Shown: piece by piece, positions 1 through 14,100 of the stretch
Numbering within the stretch: position 1 is the first letter of the stretch
How the letters are laid out: each line of letters opens with the position of its first letter
Assembly (NCBI RefSeq): GCF_009914755.1
Contig: NC_060930.1
Source of the DNA: the human T2T-CHM13v2.0 reference genome, Homo sapiens
Length of the DNA stretch: 64,000 nt
Reading direction: 5' to 3' (one strand)
Position numbers and translations under genes: made by a program
The notes under the pieces: model-generated
Told to the model about the DNA's origin: nothing
The model's input: only the letters and a program-made list of their open reading frames with translations
Database searches by the model: none

Positions 1-1490
1 GTCCCAGTTTTAGCAGCTGGAGAGGATGATCGGTTGAAATTCAAACCTGAGTATACTGGGTATAATTGCATATATACTTCATTGTCTCCACAATGAGTTT
101 GTGTAACTTGTAGGTTACACAAATTGCTGGCTGAAGTTCATCCAGGTCAATTTATGTGCTAATGTTTTAGGGATTGCATGGCTGATAACAGTATTTTTTT
201 TTACTATCAGATCCAGAAAACAATTGAATTTGAATTTGGCAAACGGAGATAAACAGGGAGAAGGAGAAGTAAAAAAGGGATGTAAGGGGAGAGAAAGGAA
301 GAAAGGGAAGGGGAAAAGGCCTCTAAGCCTCACTGGGAAGGTCCTGGTAATGTCACTGAACCAACATGAGCCCAACCACAGGAACCAAGAATCTGCTCTG
401 GAAATCCTGTTTAGTTGTATTTAAGTTTTTTTCCCTCCAGTTACCATTTTCTTCCAAAACTCGGCATGTAAGTGAAGATGGTCTTTAAATCCCAGATGTT
501 GTTTTTCCATCTTCCAGCTGGAGTTGAGGTAATATTGTGATATTCAAACAGAAACAGAAGCTGCATTTTTTGGGTTATTTTTTCTAGCAGCATTACCATA
601 AATTGGACTGCAGTGAGTAATCTTTTAATCAGATGGAAAGAGGCATTCCAAATATGTTTCTAGTCATCTGAGAGTATTTAACAACTTCTTTAAGAAATAA
701 AGTTAAGCGTTGGTGAAAGTGGGGATATTGGTGGTCTGTTTAAGTGAAATACTTTTAAACTTTTTGTTTTAAATAATGTAGGTGTGTTTTATTACAAATA
801 GAATGTACTTAGTATGAAGAATTTATAAAATAGAGATAACCAAAAATAAGACAATAGAAATTATTCATACTCCATCATCCAGCTAACTACAATTTTGTTT
901 CAGCCTTTTAAAAAGTATGTGTATATACCTTTTAAAATGTGTGTGCATATACAAATGACATCACCCCATACATGTGATTTTGTAAGTAGATTTTTAAAGG
1001 TTTGCTCTCTTTTGTTTTGAGATTGCTTTGGGTATTGCAGCATTCCTAATACAGGACTAAGACTTTCACCTCAAGATGATAGATCCCCACCCAGGTGCAT
1101 TGGTGGTGGTTTGGGAAGCTGTGACCAAAACTCCACAAACCTCGCAAATCAAAAGCTCTGAGAAAAGTGTTTTTCTGGCTCTCGGGACTTGCTGATGACT
1201 GCGCATTGGCTCTTTTTGCTTCACGTGACCCCTTCTGTCCCCACCAAAGGGAGTTCTGCCTGGGGACCTTTCTAGCGCTCCAGTTGCCTTATGGCCTGGG
1301 AGCCCTCAGCATCTTTCTGTCTGCCTGCCTGGAGGAAATTAGGTGGGGACAGTGAACTAGAGCCTGGCCCAGCTGCTCATTCCCCGAGGCAGGTGAGCAT
1401 GCCCTGGGTGGAAGCCTGCAGCACATTTTTCTAGGAGCTGAGTTGCTCGTTCTTCATCTTTCCCTTATCCCCTAGCACGTGTGTCTTAGG

Positions 1491-1830
1491 CAGCAGTCCC
1501 AACCTTTTTGACACCAGGGACCAGTTTTGTAGAAGATCATTTTTCCATGGACCAGGTGGGGAGGGGGGTGGTTTGGGATGAAACTGTTCTACCTCAGATC
1601 ACCAGGCATTAGATCCTCAGAAGGAGCACGCGATCTAGATCGCTTGTGTGCCCGGTTCACAATAGGGTTTGTGCTCCTATGAGAAGCTAGTGCCAAGGCT
1701 AATCTGACAGGAGGTGGAGCTCAGGCGGAAATGCTCATCGCCAGCCATGCACCTTCTGCTGTGCGGCCCAATCCCTAACAGGGCACAGGCCAGTGCCTCG
1801 GGTCTGCAGCCCTGGGGTTGGGGACCCCTC
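1491..1830 (-). mobile_element. MER1B-type hAT-Charlie DNA transposon, full length
   Basis: Terminal inverted repeats cagcagtcccaacc ... ggttggggacccct; internal sequence matches the recalled MER1B consensus. Confidence 0.85.
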
Positions 1831-2150
1831 TTCTATGGGACATCATTCTGCCTGTTGTGGGCTGTTTCTCCAGTGGTCCCTTTCTTCCAGGGCAACTTCA
1901 GCCTTCTTGAGCTGAATATGACACCAGCCTTTTAAAAGCTTTCCACCTTGTTCTATCCAGGTCTGGCAGTTTGACCCAAGAACTGTGGGGATTGGGGCCC
2001 TAAAGGACTCTCCTGTCCCCACCCAGGGGTGGCTTCACCTAGGCTGAGTGGCAGAACTGATGTTTGCTTCTGGGTTCTTGCATTGTGCCCATGACTGCTG
2101 AGCCTTGGGCCAACTCTTTTGTCATCTCTGCTCTCAGAATTACTCAACTG

Positions 2151-2285
2151 AGCTGGTCATGGTTGCTCACACCTGTAATCCCCGCACTTTGGGAGGCTGA
2201 GGCAGGAGGATCACTTGAGGCCGGGAGGGCAGCATCGTGAAACCCCATCTCTACAAAAAAACTTAAAAAATAATAAAAGAAAAAT
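2151..2285 (+). mobile_element. FLAM/AluJ left monomer
   Basis: gctcacacctgtaatccccgcactttgggaggctgagg ... aaccccatctctacaaaa followed by an A-rich tail. Confidence 0.85.
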
Positions 2286-2773
2286 TAAGGAATGACTCCT
2301 GTAGTTATCAGTAGGCATCATAGTGTAATGATGACTGTGTGGGTTTGGGATCATGTCCCAGTTCTGCCCTCATCAATCACATGACCTTGAGTAAGTTACT
2401 TTCTTCTTTGAGAGTCAGTTTTCTCCCAAACTGCAGTGGGTATAGTAATGGTGACTACCATGTGTGGTGATTATAAAGATGCAGTAAGATCGTGCACGTA
2501 TGCCACTTTGCAAACCATTTGGCTTACTGTCAGGAGTCAATATATTCATTCTTAAGCAAGACATTCTCCACTGTCTAAGACTATTCAACACAAGGCACAC
2601 TGAAAAGGTCTATACAAAGGGACTTTGGCTGTTCAGAATGTGAAGGGGAAAGTTGCAGGGAATGAGATTTAACCTAAAATAGGGCTTACGGTTATGAATT
2701 TTAACTATCCACATTCCCTCTACCCAGTGAAACCATCAACTGACTGCACGTTGCCATGGACTGCAGGAGGGAC

Positions 2774-3065
<292 letters not shown>

Positions 3066-3644
3066 GAAGGACTTTTAAGCAGCCCTAGCATTTGAAATGG
3101 GACGTGGTCTGCAGAGACGGGGTGCATTTCTTTTCTCTGTCATCTTTGTGCAGTTGCCTTTGTTCACTGGATCAGGTCCCTGAAAATCTTCTTTCCCCTC
3201 TTCCCTCCTCATGCCTGCAGCCCAGTTCCGGAACCACCTTGTCTGGCACTGATTGCAGCCAGCAGTGGTGCCACCTCACTGCTCTATTTCTGTGGGTTTT
3301 ATTTCTATCCTGGGAGCGTGTGTACAAATACCTTCTTCCCCTCCCTCAAGCCCACCCTGGCTCTGAGGTCTCCATCCTCTTCTTATGGTGCTATCGAAAC
3401 CCAGATGCTCTCCTTTTTCTCACTACCTTTTAGATTCTCCATCCTAATTGTTGGGAACAGCAGTACAAAATGAGGGAAAATGATACAAGTGACCAAAAGG
3501 GTGATGAGACTTTCAAAAACCTGAGTTCCAGAAGGCACCAGCGTCAGCAATTCAGAGTGTTTTGGATCTTAAGCCATAGCAACTAGTGGAAACCTTGTGG
3601 AAACCTCAGCAGGACCCCCCATGCTACAGTAGGATTGGTGCTGG

Positions 3645-3645
<1 letters not shown>

Positions 3646-3694
<49 letters not shown>
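3646..3694. repeat. (TG)~24 microsatellite
   Basis: Uninterrupted TG run. Confidence 0.98.
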
Positions 3695-3696
<2 letters not shown>

Positions 3697-4159
3697 ACAC
3701 TGGTAAATAGGGCTCTTTTATTTCTAGCACTGGTCTATTCCGAAGTTTCCGAATATAGAATTACATATTACAGCAGGGCTGCTTAGCATTCTTGTAACAT
3801 TCTGAACCCCAAGATTTTCTGTGTTATATTCTCCCAGATCCCTCACTTTCTTTTTCCATGGAAAATGTTCTGAGTTGGGGGATTGCAGTTACCACCACGA
3901 CACGTCCCAAACATTTCCTGAGCATCTCCTGCAGATGATGATGAGGCTGACCGAATTGTGGACTCTGCTTTGTTCCAAGGCAGTGGACAAACAAATTACA
4001 CCTTCCACTTACAGAATATTGTACTGATACTTCTTGAAATGCTTGCACGTATATTACTTCATTTTAGCATTGGACAGCTCTTTGAGGCAGATGAGTCATT
4101 ATTACCTCCCTTTAGCCAATGAAGACAATAAATTTGAGAAGGTTACTCAAAGAATTATT

Positions 4160-4960
4160 GACTATCAGCTATGTGACATATGGGATATTAAAAGGCACCA
4201 CACGAACTTCTTGCACTCATGAAACGTGCATTCTAGTGGAAGAGGTAACAATAAATTAATAAATTCAATGTAATGCCAGATAGTGACCAATGCTATGGAG
4301 ACATGTATTTTAAAAAGCAGGCATTTTAAGAAGATGGAATATGACCAGACACGCTGTGTTAGGTGGGCAGGTCTACCTAACACAGAAGGTCTCTCTGAGG
4401 AGATGATATGTGAGCAGAGATGTGACAAGAGGAGAGAGAAAGCTGTGTGGCTGTCTGGGGTAAGAGCATCTGCACTGAGGAAATAGCATGTGCAAAGGTC
4501 CTGTGGCAGGAGACTGGCTGGGGCCTTCAGCGTTTCCCTGCTGAGAAGCTGCATCAGTAGAATGAAGCTAGGTCAGAGAGCAAGCCAGGGCCCTACGTGG
4601 GTTAGGCTTTGTGCACCACCCTAATGATTGTGAAAAATACCCTGAAAAGGTTTTTGCTCTGAGGAGGAGGACTTTTGAGGGTTACCTACTGGGAATGATA
4701 TCATCTGGTTTATATTTTAAAAGGATCCTTCTGGCCACTGTGTAGAGAATAGGCTGGAGGGGCAAAGTAGAACGAAAAAGGCATGTTAGGTGGCTGTTGC
4801 AGTGGTTTAGATAACAGATGGTGATGGTTTAGTCCACAGTGTTAGTGGTGGAGGTGGTGAGCAGATTGGGTACTGATAGATTTTGAAGACAGGGCAGGCA
4901 GGGTTTGCTGGTGTCATGGAGGCAGGTGTCCAAGAAAGGCAGGAGTCAGGGGGACCCTGA
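4160..4960. mobile_element. L2 LINE fragment (approximate limits)
   Basis: Typical L2 motifs: cattctagtggaagagg, gcatgtgcaaaggtcctgtggcagga, tttaaaaggatccttctggcc. Confidence 0.7.
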
Positions 4961-5367
4961 GCTCAGAAGAATTCAAGAAGTCATAGTCATGTTGTGGTTG
5001 GCTGAAGATAGATCTAGACTTTCTGATTGGCCCAGATCTCCCGGCGATCTTTCCAGGGCCACTTTGAGAAAAGGCAGTGAGTAGCAGGGGTCTCCGTCCG
5101 GCTTGGCACGTTCTCCTTGAGGCCATTGTGAGTCCTCTAAGAAGGGACTCTGTCTCTGTCAACCCACCTTTGACCACAGACCTTTACTGATCCTTTCTGA
5201 TTGATAAACAATAGAGGGAGGAGGTTGTGTGATCTTTTAGTTTATCTCAAGGATATCAAAGGGGAGGGGAAGCCCTAACTGAATATCTAGCTAAATAGGA
5301 GATACCATTCAGTCTATTTGTAGTGTATTTTAAAGCCTGTTTCATGTGCAAATGTGAACTACACAGA

Positions 5368-5433
5368 GGTAATCTGATAATCCCAAAAGGGTAATCTGAT
5401 AATTCCAAAAGGGTAATCTGATAATCCCAAAAG
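5368..5433. repeat. 22-bp tandem repeat x3 (GGTAATCTGATAATCCCAAAAG)
   Basis: Copies at 5368-5389, 5390-5411 (one mismatch) and 5412-5433. Confidence 0.95.
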
Positions 5434-5786
5434 CTTATTAACATACCTTGTAGATAATAGATATCCAGTTAGTATTTGTTGCATTTGGTGATTTGTGGTT
5501 GAATATTGAGTGTTGGTATTTTCTAGAACCTTACATTCAATTCTCTTCCCTATATTTGTGGTTAGAGTCACACTTCACTTTCAGATGGAATGAGTGTCAG
5601 TGTTTCCAGTATTTTCCAGATGAGGAAACTGAGATGGGAAAAAGGGAAAAGGTAGGCGTTTAACAAAGGCATTTCATACCACTGGCTTATTGTCGATGAA
5701 ACAGGCAGAAGAATCTTCCTGCTGTATCCCAGACATTCACTATCGGGATTCACACCCTGTTGTATCATTGAAAAACGCGCAGACTT

Positions 5787-6066
5787 CAGCTGGATGAGGT
5801 GCTCATGCCTGCAATCCCAGCACTTTGAGAGGCCGAGGCCAGAGGGTTGCTTGAGGCCAGGAGTTCGAGACCAGTCTCGGCAACATTGTGAGACCCCATT
5901 TCTACAAAAAATATTTTGAAAACTAGCTGGGTATGGTGGCACACACCTCTAGTTCCAGGAGTTCAAGCTTACGTGAGCTGTATGTAATCACATCACTGTG
6001 CTCCAGTCTGCTCAACAGAGCAAGACCCTATCTCTAAAAGAAAAGAAAAAGAGAAAGGAAAGAAAC
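5787..6066 (+). mobile_element. AluJ with internal deletion
   Basis: Alu dimer lacking part of the right arm. TSD aaaacgcgcagactt / aaaatgtgtagactt. Confidence 0.9.
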
Positions 6067-6194
6067 AATGAATGAAAATGTGTAGACTTTAATTCACACT
6101 GACCTTCTAAGTTTTTCTTAGGCCTTTATTGACATTGTTATGTCACAACAAAATCTGGCCATCTCTGAGAACTTATAAAACTTTAGTGGTTTTA

Positions 6195-6519
<325 letters not shown>

Positions 6520-9500
6520 TCAGAGACATAGTGTTTCCCCAAGTTGTCATTTGAAGTACACACCCCTTCTTCCAACCACATGGGCGTCAGCAACTCCACT
6601 GTGATCAAAAGGCAGCCTGTCTGACAGAATATTCCCCAGTCTTCTTCCCTATCGGCATTTTGAGGCAGGGACACACTACAGCAAAATCAGTCCAGACCCT
6701 TATATAAAATAACTCTTCCGTCCACCACAGTGGCCAATATTTCCTTTTCCTACCTTGGCCCTGCCTGATCACACACACCAGCTCTGCAGCCAGAGGACCC
6801 CTCATGGGTGAAGTGGGCTCCGGGTACCCTGTGAGTTGAGACCACGGTCCCCCAGGAGCATGCAGTGGTGCCTGAGGGTGGTTGGCAGTGGTGATGGCTG
6901 TGTTATGTGTCCTTCTCTCTCTGTCTGCGAGTCTGGTTGGGTGGACTTTGTCCTTGGTTCAAAAAGCTCTCAGGGATCAGCTCCCTGTTCTCTTACTCAC
7001 AGGTCGCTTCTAGTCAAGTTTCTTCTGCTGTAGGATTCACGTTCACTTTCTCCTGTTCTGACTGTCCTCTGTGGCATACACCTTTGATGTATTGATCTCC
7101 CAGGTGGCTTCCTAATCCTCAGGGTGCTGCAGAGGTCAGAGGGGCAGTGTGACCACACACCTGGAGGGGCCTGGGGAAGTGCCTTTTGTCAGCCCAGGTT
7201 TGAATGACCTGCAGGCTAATTATGTTACTTACGACTTATGTTGCACTGGGCTCCTTAATGCCAACCTCTGGGCGTTTGAAGGTTATAAAAAGAGAAAAAT
7301 CAAAACTCAGACCATCAGTTGCGCTGATTACTAATTGCTTTGGTGGGAGATTTTGTGGGAAAGACACTAATAGTCAAAGGTGGTTTGAACAATCACCTGT
7401 GACTTAACCTCATTCCGACTTTTCTTTTGACTACTTATTGCCAGCACCAGACAGGAAGAGCAAAAGGCAGAGCAAAGCGTCTGCTGCAGGTGAATCAAGA
7501 TGTAGCATGATCTTGTCCCAAATATGCATAGCCACACAGTCACCTCTCATGGGAGCACAGTCCTGTGTGTTTGCCTATCCACGCTGCATGGCTGATTCCT
7601 TTCTTGATATATGCTTCCTGTCTTTTGTAGGGGGAGGTGCTCTTTGGCATCTCCAGACAGACCCCTCTCCACTCCTCTCCTATCTCTTGTCTTCTTTTGC
7701 ACTATGAGCCATGATGTTTTAGAATTTCCATGCCTCGTTGAGGCTGGAATTTGGTACAGATCCACCACAACCCAGCATCAACCTGGAAACCAATGCAGCT
7801 CTCCTTGGAGGCTTGCTGCCCGTATCTACAGCTTTCTTCACTTTTTCCCCAACCTGCGGAAAGGCCTTTTTGTTGATCTCATCAATCTGTGATTTGAGAT
7901 CTTGAAAGAACCAAGATCTTGTGACTTGGCAGGGGGAGCCACCCGCCATGTAGCCCCACCCTGTGCCCTCCCTGACCCCGTCGCCCCCTGTGCGGACCTG
8001 CTGCGCTTCAGGGGAAAACAGCACGTTAAGTGAGCAGTTTAGCTTGGACTGAATCCGGAGGCAAATCAAGTAACTTTATACTGAGATACTCTCTCCATTG
8101 TGTTCTCAGGAAGATGAAGTGAATCACCAGAGCAAAGAATGTGCTCTCTGGTGCTACACCAATAATAAAGTACAATGTTTTGAATTAGAGGAGGGAGAGA
8201 GAGTAACTGAGAAACCTTTGGCTGGTCACTTTATTGTTCCTTGTGGCTCCCCCTTCCCTTCCCTCAGATATATACTTGGATAAGAATTTCCTTCTCCAGC
8301 CCAGTATTTCCTAAACTCAATCCTGCAGTAAAATGACAAGGCCGTGTTAGACATGGAAATTATTGCAGAGCAACAAATCCAAGATTGTTATTTCACCAAA
8401 GGCCCCAGGAAGTGGAGATGAAGAACTGTGAGAGCATAAGCCTCCAGCTCAACCCAAATGTGTTTTTCTTGCCCCACTTGTTAATTAGTAAATCAAAACC
8501 AAATGAAAAATGCAAATAAGTGCATGCCACAAATCTGTCATACTTGAATGTTTCCCACTTTATTTCTGTCTTTCTGACTTTATCCTGTCCATCATTCTCG
8601 TCATCTGTGAGTAAAAGCACCCAAAAGCACCTTGGTAGATTGGCGTCAATTTGGGTCTTATACATAAAACTGCCTGACAAATGACAGCGTTCAGGTAGGG
8701 ATTATTTAGTTAACACAGAAGTTATGTGATTTATATTTTTTAAGAACAGAAAGATGGGAGTGATAAGGCACTATTTTTCCCACTCTTTTTTAAGTTTCTT
8801 ACAGGTGTTTTCTGTTTTTGTTTTGTTTTGTTTCTAAATCATACATTCAAATGCTTGAGCCTGGTGAATTTTTTGTTAGCTTGCTTGTTTTTGGTCATTT
8901 AGGAAGCATTGCCTATTCAGATAGACATTTACAATCAAATAGGGCTGAACACACCAGCACAGCTGTTGCTCAGAAGGGACCAGGAGGGCTGGTTGCCCCA
9001 GAAAAGGAAAGATATTCTCCAAGAACAGTCCTGGGAGAAGCATTTTGTTGTGTTTTTGCAAGGATGTGGGGATCCAAGTTTTGTCTATTAAAGGAAAGGA
9101 ATGGCCCTGTTCTGTTTGTGTGTTCAGAGCGCACGGCTGTGCTCAGAGATGTTCGTGCACCCTGCGGTGGTATTTTTCCATTCTCTTGTTTAGAACCCCT
9201 GGGCATTTAGACACATGTCCTGCACACAGCTCAGCATCTGTGATCACATGGTGGTTTAGAACTGAGGTCTTGGTTCTAAACCAAGGAAAGATTCAAGTGT
9301 CTGTCCCTTGCTGCTTCCAGGCCAGGCCAGCCAGCTCTTGAGAAGTGTGGCTCCTTCAGGTCCGGATGGGTGGCTCCCTCATTCAACAGACATATACTGG
9401 ACACCTGCTATGTGCAGGTACTGTTTCGAGCACTTGGACTGCATGACGCAACAAAACAAAACTCCTTGCCTTCCCTTGTGGGGCATACATTGGAGGGGAG

Positions 9501-10177
9501 TTTAGCCCTCAGCAGGAGCATGCCTGTTTTCTTTCTCACTGGCTACCGTTTCGGTGTTGTTGAGGTGAAGAGGGACAGCCATGTGCAGATGCCCCCGATT
9601 AGGGACATGTTCTGACCACGGCTGCCCAGGGCTCAGGCCAGCCTGGGCCCATCACGCGGACCAGAGGTTGGACGGAACCATGAGAAAAGACTCTCCCCGT
9701 GTCCCAGGGCTTGGCACAGTGGTGCTGTGCCGCGAATAATAGGTCATCTGATGCGGTATAATTTAATAGGAATATGAATCCCCAGTAACCCGGGGAACCA
9801 AAGCAAGGAATTGGCCTCTCAGTTACTTTTAACTTTCAAAACTTGAACGTTTCCTTAAACCAAATAGCCCCATCGTCATGGTCAGAAGTCCACTGTGGAG
9901 AAAGGCAGGATTTAGTGTTTATTTAAGCTGCCACCCCATGAGAGAAACTGTTGCCCAGTGGAGTTTGACTCTCAATTTTTCAAGGAATGATTTTCCATTT
10001 TGTGGATTTTTTATGTATGTCTTCTCTCTCTCTCTGTCTTTCCTTCCTTCCTTCCCTACCTCCCTCCAGAAATGTTGATGGGAGCAGGAAAATTTATTGG
10101 CCAGGTAAGGGTGTATATGAAGAAAAACCTTGATGGTAGGGATCCTGATAAGTAAGGCTCTTAAAAAGACTGCAGTT

Positions 10178-10470
10178 AGCCAGGCACAGTGGCTCACACC
10201 TGTAACCCCAGCACTTTGGGAGGCTGAGTCAGGAGGGTTGCTTGAGGCTGGGAGTTCAAGACCAGCCTAGGCAATGTAGTGGGACCCCATCTTTACAAAA
10301 AAATAAAAAACATTAGCTATGCATGGCAGTGTTTGCCTGTAGTCCTAGCTACTCAGGAGGCCAAGGCAGGAGGATTGCTTGGGCCCAGGAGGTCGAGGCT
10401 GCAGTGATCTGTGATTGCACCACTGCACTCCAGCCTCGGCAACAGAGGGAGACACTGTCTCAAATAAAAA
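10178..10470 (+). mobile_element. AluJ
   Basis: Complete diverged dimer (gcttgggcccaggaggtcgaggctgcagtg). Confidence 0.92.
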
Positions 10471-11325
10471 TGCACCATCTGGTGCCATGTAGCACTGTTG
10501 GGCGTCTGCAGAGCATTTTGGTCACAGGGTCTTCTTTGCCTCCCGCCTCTTCATATGTAGATGTTACTACCCCACAAGCAGAGGGAGGTTGGTCACCAAA
10601 TCCGGAAACATGGGCAAACCCACAATAAATGGGTTATTGATACTACATTCCAGTATACAGTAAAATACTCTTGTCTTTGTTTCCAGATTTTATGGCCACT
10701 CTGTAGAAGCTTCAAGGGACTGAAAATAAGTCATTTGATGCAGCTAAAAAGAGACATTGCTGCCTTTTGATCTCACATCTTCAGCCTGACGGTCCTGTGT
10801 TCTCTTCATATCAGACTCCTGACTTTCAGAAAAGAGCCAATCACCATTTGACTAGGGCTCATCACTTTTCAACTTTTTCAGGATTTCTTTTGGCAAGAGC
10901 ACCCCCCCTCTCTCTCATGTGAGCTCACTCTCTCCTCTCTCTCATATCCGTGCTCCTCTTCCTACAGTGCTGACCTCTGAGGTATCCTTTTTTCTTTTGA
11001 CTCTCATCAGTCTACAACCTCTGTCTATTTCTCCTTCTCTTAGTCTCTCTGTGACTCCCCTGGATTAAACCTTGTTTCTGCTCAGACTCAGCAAATATTC
11101 ATTGTGAGCCTACTATGTGCCAGGTGCTGTGCTGGGCTTATCACTCAGTATTCACTGATTTCCCCAGCCTCTTTCTGCTCAGAGGTCCTACATAGCCTTG
11201 GGGTGAGGGTGTTTAGCTAATCCCCTTGTGTTTGGGGTGGGCCGTAAATGAGCTCTGATGGACCATCCTCAGCCCCTCCAGAATGACCTCTGAGGAATCA
11301 ATGGCTGAGAAGGAGAGATGGAGAG

Positions 11326-11679
11326 TGTATTAGTCCATTTTCAAATTGCTGTGAAGAAATACCCAAGGCTGGATAATTTACAAAGAAAAAGAGGTTTAAT
11401 GGACTCACAGTTCCACATGACTGGGGAGGTCTCACAATCATGATGGAAGGCAGAGGTACACCTTATATGGCGGCAATCAAGAAAGAGCATGTGCAGGGGA
11501 AATGCCCTTTATGAAATCATCAGATCTCATGAGACTTATTCACTATCACAAGAACAGCACGGGAAAACCCACCCCCACGATTCAACTGTCTCCCACCAGG
11601 TACCTCCCACAACACATGGGGATTATGGGAGCTACAGTTCAAGATGAGATTTGGGTGGGGACACAGCCAAACCATATCA
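11326..11679 (-). mobile_element. THE1 (MaLR) solo LTR
   Basis: tgtattagtccatttt ... gatttgggtggggacacagccaaaccatatca, with 5-bp flanks gagag/aagag. Confidence 0.92.
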
Positions 11680-11709
11680 AAGAGGAAGAGCAAAAGAGAA
11701 TGGAAGAGG

Positions 11710-12230
11710 TATATGCCCCAAAGAACTGTAAACACGTACTCACATACAAGTACATGCATGTTCATAGAAGCACTATTCACAATAGCCAAAAGGTGGAAAG
11801 AGTCCAAATGTCCATCGATGGATGAATGGATAAACAAAATGTGGCATGTATCCATACAATGGAATGTCATTCAGCCATAAATAAGGATGGAGTGCAGACA
11901 CACGCTACAACATGGATGCACCTTGAAAACATGATGCTAAATGAAGCCAGTCACAAAGGATCACATGTTGTGTGATTGTTTTCATGTGAAATATCCAAAA
12001 TAGGCAGATCCAGAGAGGCAGAACACAGAATGATGGTTGTTACCAAGGCCGCGGGGGAGGAGGAAATGGGGAGCTTTTGCTTCATGGGCTTTGTGTAGAG
12101 GCGATGAAAATGTTTTGGAATCATTTAGAGGTAGTGGATGCACAACATTATGCATGTACTAAAACGCCACTGAATTGTCCACTTCAAAATGGTGAATTTT
12201 ATGTTATGTAAATTTTACCTCAATTGAAAA
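11710..12230 (+). mobile_element. L1MB-type 3' end
   Basis: gcactattcacaatagccaaaaggtggaaa ... atggtgaattttatgttatgtaaattttacctcaat. Confidence 0.88.
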
Positions 12231-12986
12231 GAATGAAAGATAAAGGAAGGAATGTGTTAGGGGTCTATTGCTTTGAATTAAGGATGCAATTTAGAAATCT
12301 GGCCTGACTTTCCTATGCATGGTGACCTTGTGATGTGGCTTGAGTATAATTGAAGTAATTTGAGTAGATTAATTTCCTTCCTTGGCTTCTTAAAATTTAA
12401 CGTGCTTGAAGTTTGCATCCTGAATTTAGAATGCAAAGCAGTATGTGGATGAGTATTCTGGGCCAATAGTGCTGCTGCTTAAAACAACAAACCCAGACAG
12501 ATGTGTTCAGCAGGTTCTCCAGCTTAGCTGTTTGCATCTTGGAGAACTGTTCCTGGGTCCTGGGGAAAGACCACTGGGGCTGGGGTCAGAAGCCTGAGTT
12601 CTGTTCTGCCTCCTTATGCCCATGGAGGATACTGCAGAGCTCAGGAAAGAGCACGAAGCAGGACCCAGCCCTGGCTCACACGTGCATTCAACACACATTC
12701 TTGGGCACCATGTACTAAGCCTTCTATGGGATATATGAAGGTGAACATGACATGGACCCTGCCTTTGAGAGGCTTGCAGCCCAGCAGGTTAAGGTAGACA
12801 CGCAAACAGCTGATCGTTTTGGTATAAGGTAGGGGTTTGATGCTGAAGATCTTCATGGGACCTTATAGAGGTCTAGAGTTGAGGGTACTAAAACTACCTG
12901 GGGGTGAGGTTTGGTGGAAGAAGGCAACTAAGGAAAGCTTCCTGGATTCAATCTTAAAGGAAGATTTAAAATATTGCTGAATTACT

Positions 12987-13322
12987 GCAATAAACCGAAT
13001 GTTTGTTTCCACGCCCCTGCAAATTCATATCTTGAAACCTAACCCCCAAGGTGATGGTATTAGGAGGTGGGGCCTTTGGGAGGTGATTAAGCCCTCATGA
13101 ATGAGATTAGTGCCCTTATTAAAGAGACCCCAGAGAGCTGCCTCACTGCTTCCACCATGTGAGGGCACAGCGAGAAGACAGCCATCTATGAACCAGGGAA
13201 GAGGCCCTCATCAGCACCTTGGTCTTAGACTTCCAGCCCCTAGAACTGTGAGAAATACATTTGTGTTGTTTGTGAGCCACCTAGTCTATATTTTGTTACA
13301 GCAGCCCAAATGGACTAAGACA
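12987..13322 (+). mobile_element. MLT1A-type (MaLR) LTR
   Basis: aaattcatatcttgaaacctaacccccaaggtgatggtattaggaggtggggcctttgggagg ... gcagcccaaatggactaagaca. Confidence 0.85.
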
Positions 13323-13905
13323 ATTACCCATTGCGTATTGCAAGTAGGTGGTTAGAGGAGCAGCAAAACAGGAACTGTTAAAACTGAGTGAAAACATGCT
13401 TACGAAGAGTTTGTTTGTTATTTTGCACCAAAGCATTAATAATTAGATATAAGAACACTGATGTACCTACCCTTGTTTTATGGCTTTAATTATCTAGGAT
13501 GACGTAGGGGCACCAAGCCTTTTCAAAATTTGGGTTCTGTAACAGTCTCAATCCAGGAAGTAAGAGAAGGAAAGCTCACTTCCAGGGCAAGTATATTGTA
13601 TGAGGAAGGCGAAGTCACGAGATCCTGGGCAGTGTGGTGGGACAAATAGAGCAATTTAAGACCTTCAAAGGTAGAGTTTAAGGTGGAAAAGGGTGAGGGA
13701 CGAGGGTGGGAGGTGGCTGTGGGGTACAGGCTGAAGGGCTCTTGGCAGGCCTGTTACAAGTCAGACTTGTGGCCCTGGTACTAGCTGCAGTGTGGAGAGA
13801 GTGGATGGACATGGGGCAAAATGCGAGGCAGTGGGACTGAGGCTCTGCATGAGGGCAGTGGTAGTGAAGGGAGTGGGACCCACTGGGTTTGAGACACTTC
13901 TAGAA

Positions 13906-14100
13906 TGATGCTGTCCAGTAGAACTCTCTGAGATGATGGAAGCATCCAACGATGTGCTCTCCAATACAGGAGCCACCAGACACTTGTGACTCTTGAACAC
14001 TTTCAACGTGACTGATGTGACAGGAACCAAATTTTACATTTTAATTTATTTAAATTTAAATAGCTCCCCGTGGCTGTAGCTTCTATATTGGACAGTATAG
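13906..14100. mobile_element. MER3-type hAT-Charlie element inserted in an L2 fragment
   Basis: Termini gctgtccagtag ... ctatattggacag; exact 8-bp TSD ttctagaa at 13898-13905 and 14101-14108. Confidence 0.85.

Noticed and set aside
5368-5433. Short direct repeats considered as a CRISPR-like array
   Set aside because: Head-to-tail units with no spacers in a human intron, so an ordinary minisatellite.
7981-7995. Partial CTCF-like motif (tcgccccctgtgcgg)
   Set aside because: Several mismatches in the core, so it is not supportable without ChIP data.
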